From the NCBI GenBank assembly GCA_022813865.1, contig JALDZX010000055.1, forward strand, positions 116,871 through 136,870: DNA of 20,000 nt, written 5' to 3'. Origin of the DNA: Xylographa opegraphella. Taxonomy: Eukaryota. Each line of letters begins with the position of its first letter. Positions within the stretch are counted from its first letter, which is position 1. Of this stretch, positions 19,428 through 20,000 are shown piece after piece. The notes below the pieces were generated by a model. That model saw nothing but the letters and a program-made list of their open reading frames with translations. It had not been told where the DNA came from and made no database searches. The position numbers and the translations under genes were made by a program.

Positions 19428-19922
19428 ATGAAGTTCACTACTACTTTCGTGATCTCCTGCCTCTCATTCGGCACTTTCGCTCTGGCCAAACAATTCCCAA
19501 ACATGCAGCGTCATCAAAACTACGACACCCGAAAACGCAGTGCAATGGCTGCAGCCGAAGCATACGCCTATGCATCTCCTCAATTCCATGACGGTGAGGT
19601 CGATCTGTTCTCGCGCGATGCCGATCCAGAAGCCTACGATGAAGAGTACGAGATCTTCAGGCGTGGCGCCTTTCCAGACTCGCTTCCCGACACAGACGGC
19701 CTATTCGAACGAGATGCTGATGCCGATGCTGAGCCGGAGGAGTGGGTGGAAAAAGAATTCTATATCATTCCACGAGATGCCGAGGCGGAGGCTTACGCAG
19801 AAGCTATAGCTCTTCCATGGACCCCGAAGATCAATGTTAATGGGGGTAAAATAACTAAGGATACGCTAAAATGTAACAAGAAGGATGTATGCTCTGGTAC
19901 CATTGAAATACAAAATAATTAA
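19428..19922 (+). CDS. Small secreted Kex2/Ste13-type propeptide precursor (164 aa) with a basic C-terminal peptide
   Basis: Signal peptide MKFTTTFVISCLSFGTFALA; RKR then SA-MA-AA-EA-YA-YA-SP; LFSR|DA-DP-EA; IFRR|GA-FP; LFER|DA-DA-DA-EP; IIPR|DA-EA-EA-YA-EA-IA-LP; then WTPKINVNGGKITKDTLKCNKKDVCSGTIEIQNN. TATA-like TATATATA near 19248. The 3' end is uncertain because of a possible intron from GTATGC at 19887. Confidence 0.8.
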   Translation: MKFTTTFVISCLSFGTFALAKQFPNMQRHQNYDTRKRSAMAAAEAYAYASPQFHDGEVDLFSRDADPEAYDEEYEIFRRGAFPDSLPDTDGLFERDADADAEPEEWVEKEFYIIPRDAEAEAYAEAIALPWTPKINVNGGKITKDTLKCNKKDVCSGTIEIQNN

Positions 19923-20000
19923 CTTGTTCTGTTCTTTGTAACGGCGTGTTACATGGCACCTTAACAAGTAATAGACGGAACGGGACTAAAGCGCGTCCGG

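Noticed and set aside
17550..19431. ORFs in the region between the two peptide precursors (e.g. 18728-19207)
   Set aside because: Random-looking composition with no domain, signal peptide or splice support.
16061..19922. Calling the precursors alpha-type pheromone genes or ustiloxin/dikaritin RiPP precursors
   Set aside because: The released peptides are long (34-80 aa) and not short near-identical repeats. No DUF3328/UstYa, tyrosinase or other tailoring gene is in the window, although sequence beyond 20000 is unseen.

Overview
Genomic DNA of a filamentous ascomycete (Pezizomycotina-type genes, short GT-AG introns with CTRAY branch sites). In order: a partial secreted SGNH/CE16-type acetylesterase (-), a GPI-anchored CFEM protein (+), a non-glycolytic-type class II ketose-phosphate aldolase (+), nmt1/THI5 HMP-P synthase with a TPP riboswitch in a 5'-UTR intron (+), a glutaredoxin-like (DUF836-type) protein (+), an HpcH/HpaI aldolase (-), an F-box-like Cys-rich protein (-), a CHORD-CS co-chaperone (+), a BTB/POZ pseudogene (+), a secreted S10 serine carboxypeptidase (+), and a divergently transcribed pair of secreted Kex2/Ste13-type multi-peptide precursors (16061-17443 - and 19428-19922 +). 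That last pair is the most intriguing element. Acidic spacers with hydrophobic-x-x-R sites and perfect X-A/X-P dipeptide runs would release five cationic peptides with a shared GG-x7-K-hydrophobic-N/S-K...G...I-x-N core, which looks like a beta-arch/functional-amyloid module. All gene models were spliced and translated by hand; no database searches were run.
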